Virus record (IMG/VR): IMGVR_UViG_3300005512_000004
From: an uncultured virus (IMG/VR IMGVR_UViG_3300005512_000004)
Taxonomy: Duplodnaviria > Heunggongvirae > Uroviricota > Caudoviricetes
Strand: one strand, 5' to 3'
Length of the DNA: 64,000 nucleotides
Shown here: piece after piece, positions 34,095-45,580 of the stretch
How positions within the stretch are numbered: position 1 is the stretch's first letter
How the letters are laid out: each line of letters opens with the position of its first letter
The notes under the pieces: generated by a model
Told to the model about the DNA's origin: nothing
Databases searched by the model: none
Seen by the model: the letters and a program-made list of their open reading frames with translations, nothing else
Position numbers and translations under genes: made by a program

Positions 34095-37000
34095 GCCTTA
34101 AAGCGTTACTAGAGTCCAAGATACGTGAGTACGACGCCTCGATTGACCTCACAGAGGGCAGTCGTATTCAGAGAACGGTCATTGCACCTGTCGTAGACTC
34201 GCTCAGCACAGACCCTCTGAGCGTTAGTACTAGGGATTATCTGTACGCGCGGTTCAGCGAAGCGTTCCCAGATGCTCCCATTACACGCGGTAACGCGCTC
34301 GACGACATCTTAATCACGGCCTGCGAGTATTTCCTCGAGGGGTACCGCGCGGAGCTCTCTCGGCTAAGAAACGCTACATCACTCGATAATCTCAACCTGT
34401 TGTCTGACGACGAGGCTGACGCGCTCGCGAGCAACTGGTTTGTGACACGAGATGCAGGTGCTCGCGCGACAGGCACAGTGACCGTGACTGTCGATCGTCC
34501 TTCGGCGATCAGCATCACGACGACAGGTGTACGCTTTTTTAACGACACGGCAGAGTACGCGCCTACGATCAACACAACGATAACGACGGACGCGTTGCTC
34601 GCTAACGCTATCGGGAGCGGGCAGTATCAGTTTACGCTGAGCGTACAAGCTGTCGCGGTTGGCGCAGAGTTTAACGCAGCGGCGAGCCGCGTTACGCGAG
34701 TACGCGGTATTCCCAATGTAGTCTCGGTTAACAACACCGCACCTATTCTTGGCGGACTCAGTCGCGATACGACAGAGTACTTGTTGAGCAATAAGCTCCC
34801 TCGTGCGATCTCTGAGCGATCTCTTGTCACAGCACGCGGTATTGGCGCGCGTATCGTGACAGACGTCCCAGGTATCCTACGTTACCAAGTCGTAGGACAC
34901 GGTGATGTTGAGATGTTGCGAGATCGTGTCGAGGTGCAGTCCTTCACAGAGCTCGTCGCGGCCGGACACATCTTCTACATGTCTAGCTTCGCATTGATCA
35001 GCGCGTTCCCTTACACCTCGAGCACGCTCAGTGTGGGCGACTACTTGCAGACCTTCGGTGCGGCTGCCGCACCAGGTACACTTAAGGTCGCCCGTGTTAT
35101 CAGCAGCTTACCGCTGAGTGTCCTAAGTGCGAATGAGTTAGGGTTTACGACGCTGGTCGAGCTCGAGTCGCCTCCGCCGAACGGCGCTATTGCGGGTGCG
35201 CTCTCAGTCCTACGCCCAGGTACGGCTCTGTTAGGTGACACTAGTGTGTCGTCTGGTGTCGGGCTCGGAGGCAGAACGGACGTATACATCAAGGGAGATT
35301 CCGAGCAAAAGATTGTGGGTACAGCCGCGCTAGATCTTTCTGAGGTCATCTATCGCGGAAGTGCATGGAGTATGCAGGGTAATGTCGTCACGGTGGCTCT
35401 CGATATCACCGTTGAGCAGAATCAGCTGAAGCGGTACCAGCACATCATTCTCAAAGAGACCGCGTACACAATCTCTGCGGTAGAGTTAGCGAATAACTCA
35501 CCACAAGCCACCATTTATGTATTCGACGCAGACGTGACGGACAGCGGAGATGAGTACTACATCGTAGATCGACTCCACTACAGCACCGCCGCAGATTTTA
35601 GAGTCTTATCTCCTCGAGGAGGAGGCGAGCTGCGTCTCTCCTGTATCATCGGATCGGCAGAAGCAACGCTGTTAGGCGCAGATCTCACGAAAGACGGTGT
35701 ACGTCAGGGGGACATTGTCGAGGTCCCTTCTCTTGGGATACGTAGGTCTATCTTCTCTGTGGAGAGCTCTACGAAGGTTTTTGTAGACAACGCCTTCCAA
35801 CAAACGCTCTCTGACGTCGGTGCGCGCGTCATACGATTTATCGCAAAAGCGGTAAGCCCGATGCTCGAGTTTGATGTGCCGTCCTTCTTACCACAGCACC
35901 CTCTCTCGGTTGACGTCGAGGCTGTCCGCGCTGAGATAGGCGAGGTAGGGGCGGGCACAGGGAATATCCTTCTCCCGTTAGGCGACGCGGTAGCACGCAG
36001 CATGGCCGCGACACAGATACATACGATCTTTGCAGATCGCTATAACTCCTTAGATTACCACGCTTTTAGTGCTGCGTCTGAGACCGAACGTGCAGGTAAC
36101 CGTCTCGCACCTGCGTCTCGCGGCTATCTTAACGAGACGCCCGACGACCTGGGGCTGTGTAGTGTTCTCGTCGCTGAGCCTGTTGAGTCTAATGACGTGG
36201 GGATTGTTCCTAATGGCGTGTACGAGATGCGGACGTGGTGCGACCTGTTTACACGTAACGCGAACAACATCTTTGTGTTGCGTGGGGACACACGTACGAG
36301 CGCGCGTATGCTAGACTTCCCTGGCGGGAAGGTGATGTCGGGCGACGTCCTGCGTATCACCTCAGGCTATATGGCCGGTGACTACGTGATCGAGTCGGTA
36401 TTACATAATACGCTCGTGCGTGCGGGCAGAACCCCTAAGCCTCTAAGGCGGGATGGTTTTATCAACGAGCTCGAGGGCGAGTTTACCTACGCGGACATTA
36501 CGACGGAGACACTAGACGACGATATTTGGTACCAAAAGGTGTCCTTCGTCCGCATCTATGGGGAGTTCCCAAAGAACCCTATGGCGGCACTCGCTGGAGA
36601 CCTAGCGGTAGAGCTGCATACACGTCACACAGAAACGAACCCCCTCTTCAACGCCGATTACCCGCTCCCTGAATGGTCCATCGGTTCTGTCAGCTCCGCT
36701 TTCTTGAATGCGTTTATTAATGGCAGGGCTACGATGCTCGACCCTAACGCGTCTGCACGGATCTTGTCGGAGTTTAGGGAGGCGCTCACACACGCGGCGT
36801 TGCCTGCGCAGGTGACGAACGACGTGACCTACCTCGGAGATCTCTTCGAGCAAGGGCTTAACGCGACCTATAAGGTCATACGGCCTTCAAGTAGCCTAGG
36901 GCGCGTTAAGACACGTATGGCGGGAAGCCAAGTTGTTCTGGCGCGTCCTGCCGCACCTAGAATAGACGTAGATAATCTCATTGAAGAGCTCTACACCAAC

Positions 37001-39367
37001 TCTGTGAGAGAGATTACTCATAGAGGACACACAGAGCTTACAGGGAGCGTCGGCACGTACCACCTCTCTCCACGAGAACGTTATTACACGGGCGGGAAAG
37101 ACCTCACACAGTGGCAGAGTGAGACGTCACCCGCGCTGTACTCCGACAGGACTATTGTGGATACGTTCGTGCCGAGTCTCGAGTCCGAGTACGTTCTCTT
37201 CGATTCTCTGATTGATGCTCCTGCCGGGGGACAGCGCCCCGTAATACTGCGAGGACCTTCCTCTGTCACAACCCCTTACATGAGGTACGACGGGACAAGA
37301 CTGATCCGTTACCCCGAGCAGCGTATCGCGTCGAGTCATTTGACACTCTCCAGACAAATGACCGCGCTCACCCAAGTGTACTTCGCATGTCCCGCGTTCT
37401 CTGTTCCTGATTTACAAGAAATCTACATACGCGCTGTGGGGGCAAACGAAAACGGTCAACTGCTGCAGTATCTACTAGCAGGCACGGATGCGTTCGAGGC
37501 TGTGATCGCCGAGCTCGGGGACGCTGTAGACGGCACAGGTACGCCCTTAGAGACCATTTATCGCCAACAAAGCGCGATTATTCGGTTTGATGACCAGATC
37601 CCTGACGAGAACGCACGGCTAGTAGCTCTGTACGGGCAGCTCGTGGAGGCTGTGTTTGACACGGGGGAGGTGTCCGACGAGTTTGTTATGGGCTCTATGT
37701 TACCTACGCAGGGATTTACGTTAACAGGCTCGTCCGATACGTGTATCCCTATAGCAGTCGCGACTGTGTCCCAGCGAGCGGATCGTATAGAGATCGTGCC
37801 GTCAACTACACAGGAGAGCTTCCACAATATTGAGGGCTCGCGCCTACGCATTGACTACAGAGACACTGTATATTGGCGTCGCGCGGCAGGTGTTGACGGC
37901 TCGTATGTTTACCTTGACGAGCCCCTCCCTTTCGGAACACCTGCATACGAGGCCTACGGGATCTGCATGGTTGATCTCGAGCTAGGCAGTGTCGTTCTCG
38001 TCTCGGACCCGATCTTTGCAGGAGGAGATCTCGCATTAGACGCATGGGAGCAACAGTACACCACACATCTCAACACCGGAGGCGTCAGTAGACTGCTCAC
38101 CAGCAACGATATTGGCAAGCACATCACGCTGTGGGGATACCGTACAAATCAGCTCGACTATACTCGTGTTCTGCTCGACCCAGCTCTGCCAGAGCTGAAC
38201 TCAGAGAGCGATTTTTTCGAGAGCCTCATGCTTCCAGAGCGTGAGACCTTCGGGCAGTTCTTGGTCACAGATGTCGTGCCTACCTTCGGGCAGGTCATGC
38301 CGGGGGCCACGGCTGTACCTATTCGTATCGATGTTGAGGTCGCGGGCGCGATTTCTATCGAGACCCCACGCGTACTCGAGACACAGCCCACGAAGCTGTT
38401 ATGTGCGTTTGTCATTACTTCGGCGGCCAATACGCTCGAAGAAGATAGGATTAACAACGTCGTGCAGGTAACCGCCTTCGCGCAAGAGCCCTATGAGTAC
38501 AACATCGTAGGTATCAGTAAGAGCGTACCGAACGAGTATCTCGCGCAGCCTATCTTCGGTTCGTACGCACATGGCTACGCTCTGATCACAGACCAGCTTA
38601 CGTCGGAAGTCGATGTGAGTACGTATTGCCTCACGCAAGATCACACGCTAGAGCCTACGACCATCGAAACAGACCACCTCGTTGTCCTCACAGACGCAGA
38701 CGATATAGTGATTCGTACAACAAACGCGCCCTCTTCGGTCTCGGCAGAATCCATGCACGCTGACGGGGAAGCAGCCTTCGGGTATACGTGTGCCCCTAGA
38801 GACGTAGGCACGAGCAAGTCTGTGGACGAGGATATCGTGGTGTCCGTTCCATGCACCCCTGGTCCGATAGCTGACACATTGGCCGTAAGTGGCTATTTCG
38901 ACCCGAGCATCGGACAAGCGCAGTCGCTCGTAGATTCAACAAACGAGCGTCCGGTATGCGCAGACATCCTCATAAAGACGCTGCACCAGGCTTATATTGG
39001 TTTGACCCTCACCTACGTAGGGGGGCCTTCACAAGCCGAAGTACGCGACGCGCTCTCTGAGTTTATTAAGAGCCGTGTTCTTACGGACACAGCGATCACA
39101 CGCAGTAAGATCATAAGCCTCGTCATGAATATGGGGGCGTCCACGGTAGATCAACCGATCGACTTGTATGTCTGCTTCGAGGATAACCTTAGAAGGATAC
39201 ACAAGAGGACGATCGCGGACGGCCTTAAGGCAAGCACGCTCTTTAGCGCAGATGTTACATTGCGTACAATGTACCCAACCATCGCGGTCGACGATAGGCT
39301 CGGCGCGAGCATAGATGTCACTCGATTATCACAGGCGACAGCCACAGTCGGCAACGGAGGTTCATGA
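34091..39367 (+). CDS. large baseplate J-like (gp6-like) wedge protein
   Basis: DALASNWFVTR..GARATG.V, VQAVAVGAEFN, VSVNNTAPILGG..DT motifs at the N-term. Confidence 0.75.
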   Translation: MSLKALLESKIREYDASIDLTEGSRIQRTVIAPVVDSLSTDPLSVSTRDYLYARFSEAFPDAPITRGNALDDILITACEYFLEGYRAELSRLRNATSLDNLNLLSDDEADALASNWFVTRDAGARATGTVTVTVDRPSAISITTTGVRFFNDTAEYAPTINTTITTDALLANAIGSGQYQFTLSVQAVAVGAEFNAAASRVTRVRGIPNVVSVNNTAPILGGLSRDTTEYLLSNKLPRAISERSLVTARGIGARIVTDVPGILRYQVVGHGDVEMLRDRVEVQSFTELVAAGHIFYMSSFALISAFPYTSSTLSVGDYLQTFGAAAAPGTLKVARVISSLPLSVLSANELGFTTLVELESPPPNGAIAGALSVLRPGTALLGDTSVSSGVGLGGRTDVYIKGDSEQKIVGTAALDLSEVIYRGSAWSMQGNVVTVALDITVEQNQLKRYQHIILKETAYTISAVELANNSPQATIYVFDADVTDSGDEYYIVDRLHYSTAADFRVLSPRGGGELRLSCIIGSAEATLLGADLTKDGVRQGDIVEVPSLGIRRSIFSVESSTKVFVDNAFQQTLSDVGARVIRFIAKAVSPMLEFDVPSFLPQHPLSVDVEAVRAEIGEVGAGTGNILLPLGDAVARSMAATQIHTIFADRYNSLDYHAFSAASETERAGNRLAPASRGYLNETPDDLGLCSVLVAEPVESNDVGIVPNGVYEMRTWCDLFTRNANNIFVLRGDTRTSARMLDFPGGKVMSGDVLRITSGYMAGDYVIESVLHNTLVRAGRTPKPLRRDGFINELEGEFTYADITTETLDDDIWYQKVSFVRIYGEFPKNPMAALAGDLAVELHTRHTETNPLFNADYPLPEWSIGSVSSAFLNAFINGRATMLDPNASARILSEFREALTHAALPAQVTNDVTYLGDLFEQGLNATYKVIRPSSSLGRVKTRMAGSQVVLARPAAPRIDVDNLIEELYTNSVREITHRGHTELTGSVGTYHLSPRERYYTGGKDLTQWQSETSPALYSDRTIVDTFVPSLESEYVLFDSLIDAPAGGQRPVILRGPSSVTTPYMRYDGTRLIRYPEQRIASSHLTLSRQMTALTQVYFACPAFSVPDLQEIYIRAVGANENGQLLQYLLAGTDAFEAVIAELGDAVDGTGTPLETIYRQQSAIIRFDDQIPDENARLVALYGQLVEAVFDTGEVSDEFVMGSMLPTQGFTLTGSSDTCIPIAVATVSQRADRIEIVPSTTQESFHNIEGSRLRIDYRDTVYWRRAAGVDGSYVYLDEPLPFGTPAYEAYGICMVDLELGSVVLVSDPIFAGGDLALDAWEQQYTTHLNTGGVSRLLTSNDIGKHITLWGYRTNQLDYTRVLLDPALPELNSESDFFESLMLPERETFGQFLVTDVVPTFGQVMPGATAVPIRIDVEVAGAISIETPRVLETQPTKLLCAFVITSAANTLEEDRINNVVQVTAFAQEPYEYNIVGISKSVPNEYLAQPIFGSYAHGYALITDQLTSEVDVSTYCLTQDHTLEPTTIETDHLVVLTDADDIVIRTTNAPSSVSAESMHADGEAAFGYTCAPRDVGTSKSVDEDIVVSVPCTPGPIADTLAVSGYFDPSIGQAQSLVDSTNERPVCADILIKTLHQAYIGLTLTYVGGPSQAEVRDALSEFIKSRVLTDTAITRSKIISLVMNMGASTVDQPIDLYVCFEDNLRRIHKRTIADGLKASTLFSADVTLRTMYPTIAVDDRLGASIDVTRLSQATATVGNGGS

Positions 39368-40386
39368 TGGCTAGGTACCACAGCGGCGGGTTTATCAATA
39401 GAGAGTTCTACTTCAATATCGGGACAGAGGAGCAGCGCGGCCGAGACGGCGATACCGCGCGCATAGCGGCGCAGAAGTACAACGACCACCGACATAGCGC
39501 GTACGTGGCGGTCAGCGCGTCAGATATGCGTAACTGGAAGAACGAGATACAAGTCGCATCCACCGACCCCTTGTCCGGTAACCGTGGTGGGCTCCTTGCC
39601 GATGCGGACAGCTACTTACGCCTCCCTGGTGATCTCGCGGAGCTTAACTCTGTCTTGTACGCGTCGACAAGCAGCGGGCTGCGCTCTATCTCGTCTGGCT
39701 TCGGGGTTCATATCGACATGGCGCCAGAGTTCCCTGAGATTGTCGAAGACTACGTAACGTCTAGCGTTTCAATGCTCAAAGGAGCACGTCCCCCGCAAGG
39801 CACGGCCTGCCTCTTCGCGTTGAACGGAGACAATCACAAGGTGCCCTTCCGCTATACCGTCGCAGACTGCGTCGTCTACCCTACGGTGCGCGCAGGTAGC
39901 GGGCAGGTAAATACGCAGATCGCTATTACAGCGGGGCTGAAGATCACAGGTGCTCCTGAGCGCCCTGACGGCAGCGCGTTCTCTCAACCGCCGAGGGTAG
40001 GTATCCTGCTCGTACCCAAGCGGCATGAGTACGACACGCAGACAAACCGTATCGGGTCTGTGCCCACTGTCGAGTCTAATCCTGTCACGGTTACGACAGT
40101 CGTCGGCGGGCCCGCAGACGGGGTCGCGAACAGCCTCGATGATGTCGGGCATATCATCGAGGGTGTACTCTCGCTTCCTGGCAACTTTGTGGGTCTCTTG
40201 GAGCTCGAGCTACAGTTCGACATTGACGGGTGCTATACGGCTGATGACTACACGGCTGTCGCGGCGGCAGCAGGCGTCTCTGTAGATCAGCTCAAGTCTG
40301 ACCTGTGTACGTGGGCGGAGACGGCAGTCAGCCTCGACCTCGTCGATGCGTCCGCCCGTATAGTTTGTACTTTTAAGGGACAGTAG
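39364..40386 (+). CDS. hypothetical structural protein
   Basis: GGAGG RBS; coupled ORF. Confidence 0.7.
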   Translation: MMARYHSGGFINREFYFNIGTEEQRGRDGDTARIAAQKYNDHRHSAYVAVSASDMRNWKNEIQVASTDPLSGNRGGLLADADSYLRLPGDLAELNSVLYASTSSGLRSISSGFGVHIDMAPEFPEIVEDYVTSSVSMLKGARPPQGTACLFALNGDNHKVPFRYTVADCVVYPTVRAGSGQVNTQIAITAGLKITGAPERPDGSAFSQPPRVGILLVPKRHEYDTQTNRIGSVPTVESNPVTVTTVVGGPADGVANSLDDVGHIIEGVLSLPGNFVGLLELELQFDIDGCYTADDYTAVAAAAGVSVDQLKSDLCTWAETAVSLDLVDASARIVCTFKGQ

Positions 40387-40388
40387 CG

Positions 40389-40739
40389 ATGTTAGTGTAT
40401 GTCACCGCGAGCGCGTCGGGCCATGCCCCCGTAAGTTGGGTATCTTCTAACCCACTAAACCCCTACCTCGACTATATCTCTTTCGGGTCGCTCCCTGACG
40501 TGTCCCTTTTGGGGTCGTACTCAATCGTACCCTTGTCGATCGAAGACATTTGGGCAGTGTCGTTGTCCGGAGGCACGCTTTCGCTGTCTCCTCGCGTTGG
40601 CGCACCTCTATTCGTCGCACCGTGGAGGCGTTCCGTTGACGTTAGCACCGACATAATCTTATCATTGAATGAGACTAATCTCAGTCCGAGTTGGGTGAGG
40701 CTCAACGACACCGACATTGCCCCACGGAGCAAGATATGA
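40389..40739 (+). CDS. hypothetical protein
   Basis: AGGGA RBS; fills the gap before the fibre gene. Confidence 0.55.
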   Translation: MLVYVTASASGHAPVSWVSSNPLNPYLDYISFGSLPDVSLLGSYSIVPLSIEDIWAVSLSGGTLSLSPRVGAPLFVAPWRRSVDVSTDIILSLNETNLSPSWVRLNDTDIAPRSKI

Positions 40740-43700
40740 CAGTTAACGTAGTACCAAACCCTAGTGTAAACGAGCCACAAAATCTCGGCGCAGAGACCAA
40801 CCCATGGAGCAGCGCTCACGCAGAGAACCTCCACACCGACTATATTCGTCTCTACTCGTTTAATGAGCCCGTTGGTGGTGTGCCTGCCGAAGTGCTGGCC
40901 TTACAGGAGCAGTATGCCGCCTCCGCGGTGGGAGGCCCCGAAGGCATTCCCGAGTGGGCGAATATACTCCATATGCGCCAGAGCGGGCTGTATATCGGCC
41001 CTGCGCGCATCGTCACGGCGATCGACATTGACGTCGTCAACGCTAAGCTAAATGCATTTTTCGGCCCGGCCACGGACATACACCTTGGCCTTAGGGCGTA
41101 CTACCCTCACCTAGAGGACGGGTGGGATTCTCTTGTCGAGATTGTAGCGCGCATTAAACAGCTCCACGCACTGCCCGCTTCCGTAGCGAGCATTGATGCA
41201 CGCCTCGTTGCCCTAGAGAGTGCCCCAACAGGCGTATCGGTCCTCGCAGATGTAGGCGACGTTATTATCGACACAGACGTGGCAGAGGGCGAGGTACTTA
41301 CGTATTCGGGTGGTAGCTGGGTAAACGCTCCGGTGCTTACAGAGCTCCACGGGGGCACGCTGATTAGTATAACGGGCGCGACGATTTCGTTTACAGGAGA
41401 TCTCGATCAGTACGCGACCGTAGAGGCACTCGACGCGTACGCGCTTAGTACGCACCAGCACGATGAGTATGCTACCGCGGCTACGTTGGCGAACTACGCG
41501 CCAAAGAATCACGAGCATGGAGCGTACATCACGCTTGTGCAGTTTGCTGATTTTATCGATACGACAGAAGACCGTCTCGACGATACCGTGAGCGCTACCA
41601 CGTTAAGTAACTACGCGCACGTAGAGCACCAGCATACAGAGTACGTAACGTACGAAGTGTTAGCGCTTACACTACAGAATTTTGAGACGGGCGACCATAC
41701 GCACACCGAGTACGTTCTAGCCGAGACGCTTGATAACTACGTAACGTCCGACAACCTAGCGAGTACGCTGGAGGGCTATGTAACGGACGCGCAACTTAAC
41801 ACAACGCTCGAGGACTTCGCCACAGTCGCGCAGCTCTCCTCCACAGCCCTCACGCTCACGAACAACCTCAACGCGGCTGTCTTGGCCATCGCCGCAGAGG
41901 AGACGCGCGCGCTAGCGGCGGAAGACGCGCTTGAGGTACGCCTCGATGCACTAGAGGCGGAAGATACGTCTATGATGATCGCGGGCCTCACTATAGACCA
42001 TGGCGGCTTAATAGGCGCGTCTACGCTCGCTGGCGCAGTGGGTGTCGTTAAGACGTTGGAGGCGTTAGAGGACACCGATTTCGTGAAGAGCGACCTGCAG
42101 CTAGGCGACCTCCTTCAGTACAAAGAAGAAGGGTGGGCGGTCAGCGACGTGTATCTTCAGCCCGCGAGTACACAGGCAGTAAGCTACACGCTCCTCGGCA
42201 CAAACGCGTTCAACTATCTCTCCAACTCTGCGACAGCTATCCAAAAGCAGTACGAGGCCGTGTGGGTATACGAGACCGAGATAAGCAACATATTTTGGTG
42301 TCCCGACGCTACAGGAGAGAATGACTACTTCAAGCTAGATATGCGCGCGCTTCAGAAAGACGTTGTCACGCTTGTCCCTGCAACAGGCTCAGGTGATTTC
42401 ATCGCGCCCGCATCTACACCTAGCGCGCCTACAACCGAGCTAGTCCTCCTCTCCGATGTCTACTACTTCTGGTCGGAGGACGGAAGCACGTGGTTGTACA
42501 GCACGACAGGCTTCCCGTCGTCACAGACGGGCACTGTGCCCGCGCTCGTGCCACGTGTAGACTTGGGGGTCGACTTAGGATCGCCTAGCCTACGCTTCCG
42601 TGATCTGCACCTGTCTGGGAACACGGTGTACCTCGGCGGTACACCGATCGGCGTCGATGATAGTGGCGCGCTTATCGACCCGAATGGGGAGACCTACGTC
42701 ATCTCATCAGAGCTGACCGCGGCCACACTTGCGCTCAATACGCGTATCACCAGCGAAGTAAGCACGCTCAGTAGCGAGATCGACTCGTCTATCAGCGCGG
42801 CTACGCTCGCGTTAAACACACGTATCACCGCTGAGGTAGATACGCTGAGTACACGAGCTTCTAACATCGAGCAAAACGTCGCACAGATCGTAAGCAACAC
42901 GGATCCCGCAGCGCTGGATTCACTGACAGAGCTCGTCGCAGCCTTCCAAGGGGCGGACAGCGACCTCAGCGCCGCAATCACAGCGGCGCTCGGCACACAT
43001 ACGTCAGAGCTCAGCGCGGAGGAGACGCGCGCGCAAGCGGCGGAAAGCGCGCTTGGAGCACGCATCGATACGACTGAGTCAGCTATCGCGGCTGCCACAC
43101 TCAGTATATCGTCTGCTGTTGCGCGGCTCGATAGCCATGATTCGGACATCACCACGCTCACGGGGCGTATCGATGCGCACGATGTGACGCTCGGTACTCT
43201 CTCTGCGACCGTAGCGACGCTCAATACGAACCTCGACACCGTAAATGGTACTGTCACTGCACATACGGGCGGCATAAGCACGCTACAGAGTGATCTCTTA
43301 GCAGAGGCGGAGACGCGCGCTGACGAAGATGCGAAGCTGCAGGCGCAGATCAACGATACCGTAGCGAGCACCGCCGCGAACAGCAACGCTATCAATACGC
43401 TACAAACCGCGCTGTCTGAGGTCGAGTCGGGCGCAAATGCGGAGGTGGCATCTGTCACTGCAGAGCTAAACGAGCTCGGGCTATCTACGATAGGCACCGA
43501 GGAGGGCGCCTACGTACAGGCGGCTAACGCAACCTATATCGCCGACGCCACTCATATCCACGAGGCCACAATTCTGCTAGATACCGCGCTCGCGGGTATT
43601 GTAGGCGAGTTCACAAACGCATTATCGGGTAAGCAGGAGAGCTTCGCTGTTGGGGACGGGCTCGAGTTAGCGAACGGTACCCTCTCTGTGAAGAGCGGTG

Positions 43701-45580
43701 TGTACGCTGATGCCTCCGCACTTACTTCGCTCTCTAGCGATGTGACTACGATAGCGGGGCGCGTAACAACGCTAGAAGACGCGCAGCTAGATCTCACGAC
43801 GAGCGGTACAGGGCTCACGTTTGACCCCACAACGGAGACCTTGTCGCTTGACGCGTCCATACTTGACGTCAGCACGGCGGGGAGCCTCGCAGCACCCGTG
43901 CAGATTACGGTCGATGGCGTAGTCGCAGGCACGATGTCCTTCTCTTCGGGAGGCTCGTACACGCTAAGCACGTCCTTTACCCAGGACATGGCGACACAGA
44001 CCGAGCTAACCAATACGCAGACGACGTTGTTCTCTTCGCTCGCGGCGGTTGATCACCGAGTTACTGCGGTAGAGAACGACTACGTTACTTCATCTGAGCT
44101 AGCGCTATACGCCACAACGACCGACCTAAATACGGGGTTAGGCACGAAGCAGGACGCGCTGACATTCGGTACGGGGCTATCGCTTGTAGGTAGTACGCTT
44201 AGCGCGACTGCCGACCTTACGGGGTATGCGACCGAGAGCTACGTAGACACAGCCGTATCTGGCCTCGTTGACGCGGCACCAAGCACGCTCGATACGCTCA
44301 ACGAGCTCGCGGCCGCGCTCGGAGATGATCCTAACTTTGCAACAACTGTGGCGAACAGCATAGGGGAGATCCACGCTATTGTCGCCGCGCGCCAAGACGT
44401 TAAGGCGTTCTCCGCTGATCTCGAGCTTACAGGGGCAGGCACACTAGGTCTCGTACACGACTACGCGACCACCTCCGCGCTCGGCACGCTCGACGCTATC
44501 GTGTCCACGCTGTCTACCACGGTAAGCGAGCGTGAACATATTGTCGATCTTTCGGACGACTTCACGCTGTCTACCGCGGGCACACTCTCATTAAGCAACG
44601 CGTACGCGCTTAGCACCGATGTGACGACGCTGAGCAGCACCGTCTCGGGTATCAACACGCGCGTTACGGCGCTCGAGGGAGCAGCGCTCACGGCAGCGAG
44701 CACTTTGAGCGCTAGTAAGCTCGACCACAACACGATCACGCTCGCAGGACAATCCGTTGATCTCGGTGGTAGCGTGAGCGCGGCTACCCTTTCGGCAGCC
44801 ATCTCCTCCGACATGGCAGTAGATCTAGGTATCAGCGAACTTGCGACAGCCGCGACGCTTAGTAACTACGTGACCGCGAGCTCATTGACGGCCAACTACT
44901 CCACGAGCTCGCAGGTAAGCGAACTTTTAGATAACAAGCAAAACACGCTCAGCGCGAGTGGCCCGTTGAGCATCGAAAGCGACACACTTAGTATCGATTT
45001 ATCGGACTACGTCACCTCCGCCACGCTCGCCTCCTGGAGCGGCTCGAGCGCCTTGACGACGCTTGGGACAATCAGCGCAGGCACGTGGCAGGGTGCGCAG
45101 ATCGCAGACGAGTATATTGCATCCGCGAGTGTGTGGGACGCGAAACAAGACGCTATCAGCGCAGGCACACATATCGCGATCAGTGGGACTTCGATCGCGG
45201 TGGCGCCTGAGCTTATCAGCGCTGTTGAGGCGAATACGGCCAAGACGGGCATTACAGCAGAGCAAGCAAGCGCGATTACGGCGAATACCGCGAAGGTCGG
45301 GTTCACGGACACGCTTGCACGTAATGCCTTGTCTGCCAGCGGTGACCTCTCTTATAACAGCACCACAGGTGAGATGTCGTACAGCTCCGCGTGGTCTGTC
45401 TCAGGCAGCGTGGCAAGCACAGATGCGCAGATTACCGTCTCTGGGCACGTGCTTGAGGTATTCGATATGGGGGCGGATATGGTAAGCTCTCCGAGTATGA
45501 CTCTCGATGCGGGGTCGCTCACATCTCTGTTAAGCCGACAAGTCGACATGGGCACGCTTAATCAAGAAAGGCTCTTCTAA
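40736..45580 (+). CDS. long tail fibre protein
   Basis: HxH repeats (THQHDEY, NHEHGAY, EHQHTEY, DHTHTEY), AEETRA..AE coiled coils, APSTLDTLNELAAALGDDPNFATT, KQD.L..G.G. and DLGS..RFRDL.LS fibre motifs. Confidence 0.85.
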   Translation: MTVNVVPNPSVNEPQNLGAETNPWSSAHAENLHTDYIRLYSFNEPVGGVPAEVLALQEQYAASAVGGPEGIPEWANILHMRQSGLYIGPARIVTAIDIDVVNAKLNAFFGPATDIHLGLRAYYPHLEDGWDSLVEIVARIKQLHALPASVASIDARLVALESAPTGVSVLADVGDVIIDTDVAEGEVLTYSGGSWVNAPVLTELHGGTLISITGATISFTGDLDQYATVEALDAYALSTHQHDEYATAATLANYAPKNHEHGAYITLVQFADFIDTTEDRLDDTVSATTLSNYAHVEHQHTEYVTYEVLALTLQNFETGDHTHTEYVLAETLDNYVTSDNLASTLEGYVTDAQLNTTLEDFATVAQLSSTALTLTNNLNAAVLAIAAEETRALAAEDALEVRLDALEAEDTSMMIAGLTIDHGGLIGASTLAGAVGVVKTLEALEDTDFVKSDLQLGDLLQYKEEGWAVSDVYLQPASTQAVSYTLLGTNAFNYLSNSATAIQKQYEAVWVYETEISNIFWCPDATGENDYFKLDMRALQKDVVTLVPATGSGDFIAPASTPSAPTTELVLLSDVYYFWSEDGSTWLYSTTGFPSSQTGTVPALVPRVDLGVDLGSPSLRFRDLHLSGNTVYLGGTPIGVDDSGALIDPNGETYVISSELTAATLALNTRITSEVSTLSSEIDSSISAATLALNTRITAEVDTLSTRASNIEQNVAQIVSNTDPAALDSLTELVAAFQGADSDLSAAITAALGTHTSELSAEETRAQAAESALGARIDTTESAIAAATLSISSAVARLDSHDSDITTLTGRIDAHDVTLGTLSATVATLNTNLDTVNGTVTAHTGGISTLQSDLLAEAETRADEDAKLQAQINDTVASTAANSNAINTLQTALSEVESGANAEVASVTAELNELGLSTIGTEEGAYVQAANATYIADATHIHEATILLDTALAGIVGEFTNALSGKQESFAVGDGLELANGTLSVKSGVYADASALTSLSSDVTTIAGRVTTLEDAQLDLTTSGTGLTFDPTTETLSLDASILDVSTAGSLAAPVQITVDGVVAGTMSFSSGGSYTLSTSFTQDMATQTELTNTQTTLFSSLAAVDHRVTAVENDYVTSSELALYATTTDLNTGLGTKQDALTFGTGLSLVGSTLSATADLTGYATESYVDTAVSGLVDAAPSTLDTLNELAAALGDDPNFATTVANSIGEIHAIVAARQDVKAFSADLELTGAGTLGLVHDYATTSALGTLDAIVSTLSTTVSEREHIVDLSDDFTLSTAGTLSLSNAYALSTDVTTLSSTVSGINTRVTALEGAALTAASTLSASKLDHNTITLAGQSVDLGGSVSAATLSAAISSDMAVDLGISELATAATLSNYVTASSLTANYSTSSQVSELLDNKQNTLSASGPLSIESDTLSIDLSDYVTSATLASWSGSSALTTLGTISAGTWQGAQIADEYIASASVWDAKQDAISAGTHIAISGTSIAVAPELISAVEANTAKTGITAEQASAITANTAKVGFTDTLARNALSASGDLSYNSTTGEMSYSSAWSVSGSVASTDAQITVSGHVLEVFDMGADMVSSPSMTLDAGSLTSLLSRQVDMGTLNQERLF

